Shown in pieces: positions 37,949-48,549 of a stretch of DNA of 64,000 bases. Below the pieces are notes generated by a model. That model was not told the DNA's origin. It ran no database searches and was given only the letters and a program-made list of their open reading frames with translations. Position 1 is the first letter of the stretch; each line of letters starts with the position of its first letter. The position numbers and the translations under genes were made by a program. The stretch is from an uncultured bacterium (lineage in GTDB: Bacteria > UBP4 > UBA4092), in the NCBI GenBank assembly GCA_964644695.1, contig CAZXWN010000002.1:310001-374000 (forward strand), read 5' to 3'.

Positions 37949-39476
37949 GGGGAAGATCCTCTTTAGTTTCCAAGATGGTAATCTGCATTTTACCCAGATA
38001 CTCGAATAATCTATTCATTTGGTCCAAATCACCTTCATACAGTTTTACATGAGTGGCATCCGCAACTTTTTGCCCAAAGGTGGGATCGACAGCAATCCAA
38101 TGTCCTATCCACACTTCATTCCAGGCATGATAATAAAAACCATTATTAACATAAACGACTCCAATGGCGATGCGAGTTGGAATACCTAATGACCTTGCTA
38201 ATCCTGCATAAAGAACGGCATGTTCATTACAGTCACCCTGACGAGTCTTAGCTACATCAATGGCTGTTGGCATTCCAACTACGTACTTTTTCTGAATGTT
38301 TTTGTAGAGCCAATCTGTTAATAAGTCTGCCTGCTTTGCTGGGGTTTTCTCGTTACCAGTAATCTGTCGAGCCAAATTCGTTATATCCTTAGCATCCACT
38401 TGCACCAGAATGCTGCCTGATGTGTAAATTGAGAGGTGACCCGAGGAATCAGATTCTTTAGGCTTATTCAAAGAATCAATTAGAAGCGTTGTTGTTAGCA
38501 GGTTTGGATTACGACTTAGTACGATTTGCCGTGGTTTGCTATCCTGGATTGTACTTGGATTTATCCCGGTTAATTGGAGTTTTAACAACCGAGTATTTCT
38601 TGGATAAGGAATTATCCCTGTAACACTAACTTTCGATTGATTAATTATGTCTGTATGTTTTTTGGACTTTTCATTTTTAAGGATGGCTGTTGCTTCAGAT
38701 TCTGATTCACTCATAGATTCTAATTGGAGCCCTGCCAGATTGAAAGATTCCTTAAGTAATTCTCCCTTATCATTGATCCATGCTAACTGGGTATATCCAG
38801 CAAATCGTTCCTCAATTTTATAGGCTTCTTCTTTACGATTGCCAAAAGCAACACTTTCTTTACCGACAATCTCAATCTCCAAATCAGATAAGCTCATGGT
38901 ACTGGGATCAAAAACGGGGACCCTGAAGATTTTCTTGACCGGAAACTTCTCCTGAAGTAGTAACAAATTAACAGCATTAGGTGAAAATGGGGGTTCTTTC
39001 AGGGTAATTGCTTGGTTTTGATTATTCAGTGCGCCCGATATATTAAGACGTAATAAATTCCTGTTATAGGTACCCACCAATTGAACAGAGCCGGAATTGG
39101 AATCCATTTTATACCGAATCAATACCACTCTCAGGTCTTTGTTTAAAATAGTCTGGTCGTTCACGAAAATACGTTGGACCGTTCCACCCATATTCAAATT
39201 TATAAATGCTTCACTGGTGATGTCATACTTGGTTTGGACATAATTGGCACCACTTTTGACCACTGTTCGTGAATATCCAATCTTTTCGCCATTCAGATAT
39301 AATCCACGCCATTCTTCTCTAAGGATTACTTGAGAGGGATCTGTAATTGATATCTTGGGGTCCATCTCCAATATAGAACGGGAGGAATGCCGATAATACA
39401 GAATCCCCATGAGAGTCAGCCATATGGCTGGAATAATCAAACTGATTATTATGTAATGCCATTTTATTTTTCTCAT
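37935..39476 (-). CDS. Membrane-anchored transglutaminase-like domain protein
   Basis: N-terminal TM helix; catalytic triad motifs GDCNEH, YHAWNEV, VDPTF. Confidence 0.88.
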   Translation of the reverse strand: MRKIKWHYIIISLIIPAIWLTLMGILYYRHSSRSILEMDPKISITDPSQVILREEWRGLYLNGEKIGYSRTVVKSGANYVQTKYDITSEAFINLNMGGTVQRIFVNDQTILNKDLRVVLIRYKMDSNSGSVQLVGTYNRNLLRLNISGALNNQNQAITLKEPPFSPNAVNLLLLQEKFPVKKIFRVPVFDPSTMSLSDLEIEIVGKESVAFGNRKEEAYKIEERFAGYTQLAWINDKGELLKESFNLAGLQLESMSESESEATAILKNEKSKKHTDIINQSKVSVTGIIPYPRNTRLLKLQLTGINPSTIQDSKPRQIVLSRNPNLLTTTLLIDSLNKPKESDSSGHLSIYTSGSILVQVDAKDITNLARQITGNEKTPAKQADLLTDWLYKNIQKKYVVGMPTAIDVAKTRQGDCNEHAVLYAGLARSLGIPTRIAIGVVYVNNGFYYHAWNEVWIGHWIAVDPTFGQKVADATHVKLYEGDLDQMNRLFEYLGKMQITILETKEDLPHGRN

Positions 39477-39592
39477 ATAAATGTGATCCGTTCGGCTCTG
39501 GAGTCTGATGGTGAGTATATCTGAATCCTAATTCATGAACAAGTGCCAAATCATAAATCAAAAACATCTATAATCTTAATAATAGGTTTTAT

Positions 39593-40954
39593 ATGAAATC
39601 GACTCCAAACATATTATTGATTAATCCCTGGATTTGTGACTTTGCTGCTTATGATCTGTGGATGAAACCCTTGGGGCTTCTGTATCTTGGCGGTCTGCTC
39701 ATTAAAAATGGGTATTCGGTCCGGTTAGTCGACTGTCTTAACATGGATCATCCTGGGATGAAGAGTCAGGTGGCATATTCTTCTTCTTCAGAGCATGATT
39801 ATTTTGGTGCACGGAAACTGTACAAAGAAATTCTCCCTGTTCCTTCCGTATATGGAAATATTCATCGTCATTTCGGTCGTTATGGAATTACTGAAAAAAT
39901 ATTCAGGGAGATGGTTGTTGATGGTCCTAAACCAAAAGTGATTCTAGTTACTTCAATGATGACTTACTGGTATCCAGGTGTATTTGATGCAATTCGGATT
40001 ATAAAAGAAATCTGGCCGGATGTGCCTGTTGTTTTAGGAGGGATTTATGCCACACTGTGTTCTGAGCATGCAAAATCATATTCTGGTGCTGATCATGTAA
40101 TAACAGGTGAAGGGGAAACACAGATTCTTACCTTGTGTGACCATATCACAGGACACATGTCATCCTGTTTTGTTGACCCGCAGGATTTGGAAAGTTTTCC
40201 AAGACCTGCCTGGGAATTAATGTCTCCATCAACTTATGCCTGCCTCTTAACCTCAAGAGGGTGTCCCTTCCATTGTAATTACTGTGCACATGATATGTTG
40301 GCGCCTGGATACAGGCGCCGCAGCTGGATGGATGTTTTTAATGAAATGGAATATTCCTATAAAAAGGGTATAAGGACCTTTGTTTTTTATGATGATGCAC
40401 TTCTAATTACTCCAGAAAAGATGATTATCCCACTAATGGAGGAAGTGATAAAACGAAACTGGGAAATCACCTTCCATACACCCAATGGTCTCCATGTAAG
40501 GGAAATTACGCCTGATGTGGCGTCTCTGATGTATAGAAGTGGGTTTAAAACAATTCGGATCAGTCTTGAATCTAACAGGATAGATATTCAGAAGGCTTCC
40601 GACTTAAAAGCAACCAATACTCAATTTATCATGGCTTGCCAGGCTTTGCACCAGGCAGGCTTTTCCACAAAAGATATTGGTGTTTATCTGCTGGCAATGC
40701 TTCCGGGACAACATTTTCGTGAAGTAGAAGAAGCAATTCGATTTGTTATATCCAACGGTGCTTACCCCTATCTATGTGAATATACTCCCATACCGGGAAC
40801 TCCCATGTTTAACGAGGCCTTAAAATATCAACCATTGCTTTCTGAGGAGCCTTTATTACAGAATAATTCTGCATTCCCGTGTTCCTGGGATTGTTTTACT
40901 AAAGAAGATTTGGACCGATTGAAACATCTAAGGAGAGACCTTATCAATGCCTGA
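39593..40954 (+). CDS. B12-binding domain radical SAM protein
   Basis: PLGLLYL, VVLGGIYAT, SRGCPFHCNYC, YDD. Confidence 0.9.
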   Translation: MKSTPNILLINPWICDFAAYDLWMKPLGLLYLGGLLIKNGYSVRLVDCLNMDHPGMKSQVAYSSSSEHDYFGARKLYKEILPVPSVYGNIHRHFGRYGITEKIFREMVVDGPKPKVILVTSMMTYWYPGVFDAIRIIKEIWPDVPVVLGGIYATLCSEHAKSYSGADHVITGEGETQILTLCDHITGHMSSCFVDPQDLESFPRPAWELMSPSTYACLLTSRGCPFHCNYCAHDMLAPGYRRRSWMDVFNEMEYSYKKGIRTFVFYDDALLITPEKMIIPLMEEVIKRNWEITFHTPNGLHVREITPDVASLMYRSGFKTIRISLESNRIDIQKASDLKATNTQFIMACQALHQAGFSTKDIGVYLLAMLPGQHFREVEEAIRFVISNGAYPYLCEYTPIPGTPMFNEALKYQPLLSEEPLLQNNSAFPCSWDCFTKEDLDRLKHLRRDLINA

Positions 40955-42719
40955 TATAACAAAACTGCCCCGTATGCTGATAATGCTGGTCCCGTTGTTG
41001 TTGGTTCTATGTTTTACCAAGTCGGATGTGGGCAGCCCTAATGATGCAGCGCGAATGGCTACTATTCAGGCACTAGGTGAACACTTTACCTTTAATCTGG
41101 ACAATTCAATTCTGAAATATGATGTGGATATCCAGATGAGGAATGGGCATCGAATTTCTGATAAACCACCCATGCTCCAATTCCTGGGGGCTGTTTTGTA
41201 TCGGCCTTTATATCTCATGGGGATTACTTTCAATCATCACTATTCGTGGGTTTATTGGATACTTACTTTTTTATTATCAGGCGTTCCTTTTATTTTTCTG
41301 TGTTATTTGATCAATAAATGGTTGGTATATTGTGGCTGTTTATCTGATAAATATATGCAATGGGTTGTGATTTGGTTAGGGACCTTGCTGCTTCCCTGGG
41401 CAGTAACTTTTAATAATCATGTACTGACAGCGACATTGATTGCCAGTGGACTTACTTTGTTTCTGTATGATGCAAAGGTAGAAAAGGTCAAAGATGTTCA
41501 GTTTCTATGGTCTGGATTCTTACTTGCATTTGCTATTACCTTAGAATTGCCAACAGGTGGATTATCCTGGTTTTGTGGTTTGCTTTGGTTAGGTGTTATG
41601 AATCGGCGGCGACTGGGATATTTCCTTGTGGGTTCATTGGTTCCTTTATTAATCCACGCTGCATTGAACATGACTCAAACAGGTGATTTGATTCCTGCCT
41701 ATTTGCATAAAGAATATTATCAGTTTGCCGGATCGTATTGGGGTAGTCCACAAGCTTACCAGAGATTGTTTGGGAAGAACATCTTAACGCAGTATTTCCA
41801 TATGTTATTTGGATATCGGGGTTTATTTTTATTTTGCCCGGTATTAATTTTAGGTGGAATTGAAATTATCAGGGCGTGGAGAAACCGGGATGTCTTCTGG
41901 AGTATTTGGGGAATAATAGCTGTTTTTACTTTGACAGGGACACTAACTTCTTATGCAATCCAAATCAGTGATTTTGGTGGAGGAAGTTATGGACTGCGTT
42001 GGGTGGTTGCTCTGATACCCTTATGGTTATTGCCTTCTCTTTGTTGGTTCTCGCGGCCGCATCAGAAAATTTACCAATCTGTTGCTTACGGTTTGGTGGG
42101 GCTCTCTATTTTCTTTTCTATGATTGGTCTGTATAATCCCTGGCCACAAAATGCTCTGACTCCCAGTCCAATTCTGGAAAATATTTCATATATGACTTTT
42201 GTTCCTAACAGTTCTATGCAGGGAATTGCAGAAGGAATCATTGAAACAACATCTCTGGATAAAGGCTTGGCCTATTACGAACTGGGTCGAGAATGTTGGA
42301 AAAGGGAAGAGTTTACAGAGGCTGTTCGTTATATGGATTTAGCCCTGATACATAAACCTGGAGACACCCAATATCTTTATCAATTGGGAATATTACTGGA
42401 TATGAGTAGTCAATTCAATCGTGCCAGTGAGGTTTTTGAGGCCCTTTTGAAGAAGGAACCTGATAATGTGGGTGCCATGAATAATTATGCTGCTATGAAG
42501 ATCAAACAGGGACAATATGATGAAGCTATCAAATTATATGAAAAAGCCTTGTCTTACGACCCGGAGCGTTTTGTCAGTTTGACGGGATTAGCCCAAATCT
42601 ATTTGAAAATGAATCAGCCGGAGAAAGCCGCTCCTCTGATCCATAAAGCGGCCAGGCTCCGGCCTGATGATGCTCAAGCCCAGAGCCTGGATGTTTATCT
42701 TCAAAATACGGTTAAATAA
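40947..42719 (+). CDS. Polytopic membrane protein (GT-C-like by inference) with C-terminal TPRs
   Basis: About 11 TM segments, loop motifs ND..R, SDKPP and GGGSYGLRW; several TPRs (YDEAIKLYEKALSYDP). Confidence 0.65.
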   Translation: MPDITKLPRMLIMLVPLLLVLCFTKSDVGSPNDAARMATIQALGEHFTFNLDNSILKYDVDIQMRNGHRISDKPPMLQFLGAVLYRPLYLMGITFNHHYSWVYWILTFLLSGVPFIFLCYLINKWLVYCGCLSDKYMQWVVIWLGTLLLPWAVTFNNHVLTATLIASGLTLFLYDAKVEKVKDVQFLWSGFLLAFAITLELPTGGLSWFCGLLWLGVMNRRRLGYFLVGSLVPLLIHAALNMTQTGDLIPAYLHKEYYQFAGSYWGSPQAYQRLFGKNILTQYFHMLFGYRGLFLFCPVLILGGIEIIRAWRNRDVFWSIWGIIAVFTLTGTLTSYAIQISDFGGGSYGLRWVVALIPLWLLPSLCWFSRPHQKIYQSVAYGLVGLSIFFSMIGLYNPWPQNALTPSPILENISYMTFVPNSSMQGIAEGIIETTSLDKGLAYYELGRECWKREEFTEAVRYMDLALIHKPGDTQYLYQLGILLDMSSQFNRASEVFEALLKKEPDNVGAMNNYAAMKIKQGQYDEAIKLYEKALSYDPERFVSLTGLAQIYLKMNQPEKAAPLIHKAARLRPDDAQAQSLDVYLQNTVK

Positions 42720-42725
42720 AAGAAC

Positions 42726-45578
42726 TTACAGATTAACACCTGTGAGTCCCAGTAGTACCGGAGCTGCCTCGGTATTGTAAGACTTAATGGTTACAGATTT
42801 TATGGGTTTTTCAGGGGAGGGATTTGTCCAGATTAACTCCCGAACACCTACCGGCATTCCAGCCCGACTGAATCCTTTCCATACCACTCGTGTATCTCTG
42901 CTTCCAAATACATCGTCGAAAGACCAGAGGTTTTCCCAGTAAATCAACTTTTTAACGGCACTGGAACCATCCTGATATTGAATTTGGATTTCACCGCATT
43001 CCTTATTTTTCTGAGTTGGATAAATAGAGTTGATCAGAAATCTGAGTTCAGAAGCTTTCTGGTTATTTAACGGAATATCGACTGTTGCCGGGAAGTTTCC
43101 CTTGGGGTTAAATAATCCGGACAATAAAACAGCGGATTGTCCTTTTTTATTTCTGGAAATCTTGAAGCAAGTTTCACCAAACCGATTTTGTTTAATGGGG
43201 AAAGCCGATAAATCATGTTGTGGTCCATAGCCAGCCCAACCTGACAGTTTTGTGTTATCTGCCAACGAACGATTCACCAGTGAGCTTAAATCCACCATAA
43301 AACCACTGTGTGTGTCTTGTCTCGGTTTTTTCTGGAACCAGACATCAATAAACTCCTGTGACGGAGTCCAGTCTAAATCTTTGATTTGCTTATCCTCACC
43401 TGTCCAGGCATAATGCCCGGCGATAATGAAATTCCACCACTGGTGCCAGGTACTTGGATATTTTTCCTGGAAGGTCAGGGAATGACCGGCCCAAGTACTC
43501 TGAAGATGTCCCATAGTATTGAAAATATAATTAGCACGGGCCAGATTCCGAATATCATTGGGCATGTACCATGAACATCCAATGACTCTGAAGCCTTCAT
43601 TTTTCCAGACAGTTAATGAAGAATAGAGTTCAGGTTTAACCGGAGCATAATGCCAGTCGGTAATAATAATCTCTTTGGAAAGTCCATCCCGGCGTTTTTT
43701 CGATTCTTCAAGGGAGGGTGCATTGGCAGCATCTGGGGCTTCACCCTTAGCTAGAAAAACATCTGACCACATCATTGTTTCAATTCCGCGATCTTTCAGC
43801 CAGGCATGATAAGTACTGGCTTCACCTAAAATAATGTCGGTATCTGACTTGCCGGGTTGATGGCGGCAGAGAGGTCCACCACCTTTCAGTTCAATTTCAT
43901 CCATATTGATGTGGAAATATTTAGGTTTGAATAGTTTGATGGCCTCATCCATGACGTTAAAGATAAACTCGTGTGCTTTAGGATTTGCAGCACAGTAGAG
44001 GTTGATATCTTTAACGGTTGAATCTTCAGCAAAATCCATATTTTGATTGTTTGTGAAAAGCCATTCTCCATGACCATAAGTTTGTAAACAGGGGATAATC
44101 TCGACAAAGTGTTTTTGTGCAACTTCGGCGACTGCCATACCCTCTTTCAACGCCATTGACTTCTCAGGATGGGCATTTGCTGTTGCAGAGTCCCATATCA
44201 GAAAATCTGTTTGCCATACCCAATAGTTGAGTTTATATCGACCCCAAATATCTTCAGCAAATTTCAACATTGCCTTGTTATCATCATGACTGGTGAAGGT
44301 GTGATATCCACGGAAATCCATTGAAGGGTAATCTGTAATTTCAGCTCCCTTAATAAAGGCACCCTTTGGATTGACTTTGATCATTTGAAGTAAGCTGGTC
44401 AAACCATAAAATACACCTTTACTGTCGTGCCCGCTGACTCGAACCAAGTTCTTCCCTGAAGATATGCGGTAACCTTCTTTATGGGGAGGAATTGGAACAG
44501 ATGGTGGGTTCTCTAAAATAATGATGTTGTCTCGGGTCTTGAGAGGAGGGGTGTCCCAGACGACCTGAGGGGTGATGTTATAAATTGTGTTCAGGTCGCG
44601 TAGGAAAAAATTAACGGCATTTTCCATATTGGAGTCAGATTTTTTTCCAGCATAGATGACAGTTTTGGAATTAAGTGGAAATAAAGTTTGGGTCCATACT
44701 ATCTTCTTGGGTGTAGGAACGATGGCTGATTTCTCATAATTGGGGGCCAATATGTCCGATTGGGTGGTTAGTTTTGTTTTTCCCGTTAAAGTGGATTGAG
44801 AGAGTTGGGTACTTAATTTCTCAGGAAATTGAATGGTCATCTTGTAGGAAAGATGTTTTCCTTCCTCAATATCTCTTTCCAGACGGCCTAACCAGAACCA
44901 GGGTTCCCCATATTGTGACCACTGGGCTTTCCGGTGATCAAAAAGAATAAAATCATCTTCCGTATCGGTTGATAGAGTGATTGGACCTAATGCTGAGTAA
45001 ATAGTCATTGATTTAAAGGCTCGGCCATAAGTGCTTTCAGCAATATCAGCAATGCCACCTGGATCTTTACAGGGTGCATCTACGGGAATAATGCCATTAA
45101 AGGTGGATATCCCATCATAAACACTGTATTTCCGTCCGATAAATGCAATTGCATTTAAGCTTCCGATAGACCATTCATACACACCGGGATCACTTTTCGG
45201 GATGATGAACTCTAATTCAGTTCTGTAGGTATTGTTGGGAAGCAGGATAAATACTTCTGTTCCTTTGATATAGTCTTGTTTTGGACTGGGTAACTCATGA
45301 TGCAGTGTGATTTTCTTACCGCCCTGATAGTCTTCAATCGTAGCGTTTTTTATTAAATCTGGCTGATAAATTGCTCCATAATGATGTCCGGCCCACATGG
45401 GTTTGGCAACCCAGAATGCGGAGTCCTTCATCATTGGAACTCCAAAAACAGTCAGACTGGCACCATTTTCTTTGGTGTAGACAAACTCCATTTGTCCTAC
45501 TTTCTGGACAATTCGGTCATTTGCAGCATTCGCCAGGGTCAGGCAGCCCATTAATAAGAAAATTATAAGTACGCGCAT
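42726..45578 (-). CDS. Secreted GH20-like glycoside hydrolase (fourth, distant paralog)
   Basis: Signal MRVLIIFLLMGCLTLANA; DYPSMDFRGYH, PCLQTYGH, HINMDE; same overall architecture as the 3.6-13.9 kb enzymes. Confidence 0.85.
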   Translation of the reverse strand: MRVLIIFLLMGCLTLANAANDRIVQKVGQMEFVYTKENGASLTVFGVPMMKDSAFWVAKPMWAGHHYGAIYQPDLIKNATIEDYQGGKKITLHHELPSPKQDYIKGTEVFILLPNNTYRTELEFIIPKSDPGVYEWSIGSLNAIAFIGRKYSVYDGISTFNGIIPVDAPCKDPGGIADIAESTYGRAFKSMTIYSALGPITLSTDTEDDFILFDHRKAQWSQYGEPWFWLGRLERDIEEGKHLSYKMTIQFPEKLSTQLSQSTLTGKTKLTTQSDILAPNYEKSAIVPTPKKIVWTQTLFPLNSKTVIYAGKKSDSNMENAVNFFLRDLNTIYNITPQVVWDTPPLKTRDNIIILENPPSVPIPPHKEGYRISSGKNLVRVSGHDSKGVFYGLTSLLQMIKVNPKGAFIKGAEITDYPSMDFRGYHTFTSHDDNKAMLKFAEDIWGRYKLNYWVWQTDFLIWDSATANAHPEKSMALKEGMAVAEVAQKHFVEIIPCLQTYGHGEWLFTNNQNMDFAEDSTVKDINLYCAANPKAHEFIFNVMDEAIKLFKPKYFHINMDEIELKGGGPLCRHQPGKSDTDIILGEASTYHAWLKDRGIETMMWSDVFLAKGEAPDAANAPSLEESKKRRDGLSKEIIITDWHYAPVKPELYSSLTVWKNEGFRVIGCSWYMPNDIRNLARANYIFNTMGHLQSTWAGHSLTFQEKYPSTWHQWWNFIIAGHYAWTGEDKQIKDLDWTPSQEFIDVWFQKKPRQDTHSGFMVDLSSLVNRSLADNTKLSGWAGYGPQHDLSAFPIKQNRFGETCFKISRNKKGQSAVLLSGLFNPKGNFPATVDIPLNNQKASELRFLINSIYPTQKNKECGEIQIQYQDGSSAVKKLIYWENLWSFDDVFGSRDTRVVWKGFSRAGMPVGVRELIWTNPSPEKPIKSVTIKSYNTEAAPVLLGLTGVNL

Positions 45579-45769
45579 GAAATCCTTCCCTTTCTTTTAC
45601 CCATAACAGTTTGTTGTAGAAATTATAAATTACTTTGCACTCGAGTGCACTAAAATTAAAAGCTAGCAATGGGTGTTCATAAAACAGGGACGGAATATAT
45701 CATTGAGGATACTGAAGTAAGGTAAAATCCTTTTCAGAAAAAGATTGTTATGATGACTCGTAAAAGGGT

Positions 45770-46468
45770 ATGATTACTTTCATGGGTAAAAAAGCTATAA
45801 ACATATTTGGATATGTCGTTCTTATTGTCAGTTGCATTGGTATTGCCATTGGAATGGTATTGGATTGGGAACGATGGGTATGGTGGACAAAACCATGGAT
45901 TGCTCCCTCTATTATGTTGATTTTCTGGGCTGGGTGGAAACGATCCGAGGATTTGGTGTTTTGGCATATTATCATCGGACTGTTGTTTTCGTGGATGGGT
46001 GACTTATTCTTAATGATTCCAAAGGAATTCCTTAATGGGGAAATATTGGGAATCAGCAGTTTTAGTTTGGCCATGATAAATTACATTTCCGCCTTCTATT
46101 ATGATGGAGGATATTGGGGGAAGGATTGTGTTCTCTATCGTCAACCCCAATGGTTGATTGGAGTTGTAACGGCTGTTATTGTTGGTATTTTCTTGATTAG
46201 TAAGCATTTTACCGGTTTACTGGGAATTCTGGTGCCGATGTATGCCGTTCTTTTACCCGGAATGATGTTGATTGCCGTTAATCGAAGGGGCAGGGTTCCT
46301 GATATCGGTTATTTTAGAGTGGCTCGAGGTGCGATGCTATTTGTTGTGGCGGATGTTTTTCTGGCTTTTCTGGAGATTTATTGTCCTATCCGATATGGGC
46401 ATATACCCATGATGGCTGGTTATGTGGCGGCACAATATATGATTGCAACAGGTCTGTTAAAACGGTAA
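45770..46468 (+). CDS. YhhN-like lysoplasmalogenase family membrane protein
   Basis: TKP, GLLFSWMGDLFL, GAMLFVVAD, YVAAQYMI. Confidence 0.82.
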   Translation: MITFMGKKAINIFGYVVLIVSCIGIAIGMVLDWERWVWWTKPWIAPSIMLIFWAGWKRSEDLVFWHIIIGLLFSWMGDLFLMIPKEFLNGEILGISSFSLAMINYISAFYYDGGYWGKDCVLYRQPQWLIGVVTAVIVGIFLISKHFTGLLGILVPMYAVLLPGMMLIAVNRRGRVPDIGYFRVARGAMLFVVADVFLAFLEIYCPIRYGHIPMMAGYVAAQYMIATGLLKR

Positions 46469-46495
46469 TTATTTCCATTCAAACCCACCTGATTT

Positions 46496-46542
46496 ACGAA
46501 TCATCCACGGAGCTGTTCCGAGCAACTCCGTGGATGATTCGT
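46496..46542. repeat. Dispersed palindromic element, copy B
   Basis: ACGAATCATCCACGGAG-N13-CTCCGTGGATGATTCGT, nearly identical to copy A. Confidence 0.85.
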
Positions 46543-46575
46543 TTTCGGATAGGACTCTTAAATTAATGGATATAC

Positions 46576-46605
46576 AAAAAAAAGGCTGCCTGAAGGCAGC
46601 CTTTT
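46576..46605. terminator. Bidirectional intrinsic terminator
   Basis: AAAAGGCTGCC-tgaa-GGCAGCCTTTT between convergent genes. Confidence 0.8.
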
Positions 46606-46633
46606 CAATAATTTTTATAAATATCGGGGAATC

Positions 46634-48325
46634 TTATCGGGTTAATCCGGGAAGTAATGAGTGAGTTCTCTGGGTTCCCATCTCCACCCCGAGTAAATAT
46701 GCGATTGATGGGGCGATATCTTCCATATTGACCGGTTCAGTCCGGATACTCTGGGAGATTCCATTTCCATAAAAGATAATTGGGATATGGGTATCATATG
46801 GATAAGGTGAACCATGTTCCGTCCCGCCTTTATCGTAATTTCCAAATGCCCAGTAAGGTTTAAGTTGCAAGTATAAATCTCCGGAATTACGAGGAAATAT
46901 ACTATGTTGGATTAGCTGGACTTTATCACCATCCGGATACTGATTATGAAGCAACCTGTTTACCACATAAGCTTTAGATATTCCCTGTACCGATTCCGCT
47001 GCAGATGAAGCGGTTTCCAGGACCTCATCAACATTAAGTTTTTTATCTTTTATTTTTTGAATATCCAGATAAATATAAGGTTGATTCAATGAAAGAACAA
47101 CTGAATCGATATTGTAGGTTGTTTTAACCATTTCATTGATGCTATTGATAACGGCTTGTCCACTGACCCCTCCACCCAGGTCGTATTGAGCCATAAATCC
47201 GGGCATTGGAGGTGCACCGTGGTCAGCAGTATAAACAATGAGTGTATTGTTCAAACCGACCTCGGTATCAACAAATTTAAGGAAATCACTTAATGCCATG
47301 TCATATCGCATGACGGCATCCTGTGTGGCTTTTCCAAACGGTCCGTAGGTGTGTCCTATAACATCTGAAGGTGAAAAACTGACCATCAATAGGTCAGGAG
47401 TAGTGCTCTTACCTAACTTCTCATATCGGATACAAAATTTAGCCAATTCAAAGAGGTGGTCATTGGCATACGGTGTTCCCGCAAACTGTGCATAGAACTG
47501 ACTATCGGGTTTACCCGAAGTGCTGGTCAATGTGACGGGAAAGGGTACTCCAAACCCAGTTTCTTCGGCGGTTCGTTCTGGATGCGATAGTTGATAGTTT
47601 TTCTCATCAAACAGTAAGGTCCATTTCAGTCCATAATACTGGTCAACGGGGTACTTCTCATTAAAACTGCTCACCCAATCAGGTAACGTTTTACCGTAGT
47701 AAGTGCTGGATGTAAATTTTCCACTCTTACTGTCATACCAGATTGATGCATTCGGCAGATTTCCCCCCATAAGAATAGCTGAACGGTCTTTAAAAGATAG
47801 AGAGTATGCTCGTGAATGAAAATTATTAGATATCCTGAGACTGTCAGCAAGCGTCGTTACCTGGAGTTTTTTGGGCGACCTGCCAGAACTCAGGTCTGCA
47901 GGTGTTAACTTTCGCCCCTCCGCATCCGCTTCCTGTAATCGGGCCAGGACGGGGTATCTGGAATCTTCGGCACAATATACAGATTTCTTTGCATTTCGGT
48001 CATACCAGTAATTGGCGACGATACCATGTTCATCAGGAGATTGTCCGGTTCCAATTGTGGCGTGTCCGACTCCTGTATGAGAGGTCCCATAATTCAGGTG
48101 GGCATTGGTATAGAAGGTCCCTTTAGTTGAAATGGTTTTGAGTCCGCCGGTCAATTGATTTTCATACCGGGTGAGATAGTCATAACGGAATTGGTCATTT
48201 ACCAACACAATGACCAGGTTGGGGCGGGCTACAACCAGAGAGCAAATGAAAATAAACAACAGCATAAACATTAAACTCATTCTGGTTGACTTTGCAGAGT
48301 AGAAATGTGACATGGATAACCTCAC
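46634..48325 (-). CDS. Secreted PafA-type alkaline phosphatase superfamily protein
   Basis: VNDQFRYDYL, HTGVGHATIGTG (Thr nucleophile position), D..GH..GP, TADHG, HGSPYPYDTHIP. The true start is probably a few codons downstream. Confidence 0.88.
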   Translation of the reverse strand: MRLSMSHFYSAKSTRMSLMFMLLFIFICSLVVARPNLVIVLVNDQFRYDYLTRYENQLTGGLKTISTKGTFYTNAHLNYGTSHTGVGHATIGTGQSPDEHGIVANYWYDRNAKKSVYCAEDSRYPVLARLQEADAEGRKLTPADLSSGRSPKKLQVTTLADSLRISNNFHSRAYSLSFKDRSAILMGGNLPNASIWYDSKSGKFTSSTYYGKTLPDWVSSFNEKYPVDQYYGLKWTLLFDEKNYQLSHPERTAEETGFGVPFPVTLTSTSGKPDSQFYAQFAGTPYANDHLFELAKFCIRYEKLGKSTTPDLLMVSFSPSDVIGHTYGPFGKATQDAVMRYDMALSDFLKFVDTEVGLNNTLIVYTADHGAPPMPGFMAQYDLGGGVSGQAVINSINEMVKTTYNIDSVVLSLNQPYIYLDIQKIKDKKLNVDEVLETASSAAESVQGISKAYVVNRLLHNQYPDGDKVQLIQHSIFPRNSGDLYLQLKPYWAFGNYDKGGTEHGSPYPYDTHIPIIFYGNGISQSIRTEPVNMEDIAPSIAYLLGVEMGTQRTHSLLPGLTR

Positions 48326-48426
48326 TTATAGAAACAATAATTAAAGATATTGTAACCCTCTTTGAATCGATTATTATGACAATTCTTATCAATATAAATT
48401 ACATTTCAATGAAATATCTGTATTTC

Positions 48427-48455
48427 TTGACTTGCCCGACACAATCGGTTATAGT
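48427..48455 (+). promoter_or_regulatory. Putative sigma70 promoter for the 48550-52109 operon
   Basis: TTGACT-N17-TATAGT. Confidence 0.6.
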
Positions 48456-48549
48456 CTCAAAAATATACATACCCTGTCAGTTTCTATGTGTATTTTTGTA
48501 TTATTATTGACTGACAGTCAGAATATTTATTGATGTGGAGGATATAGAT

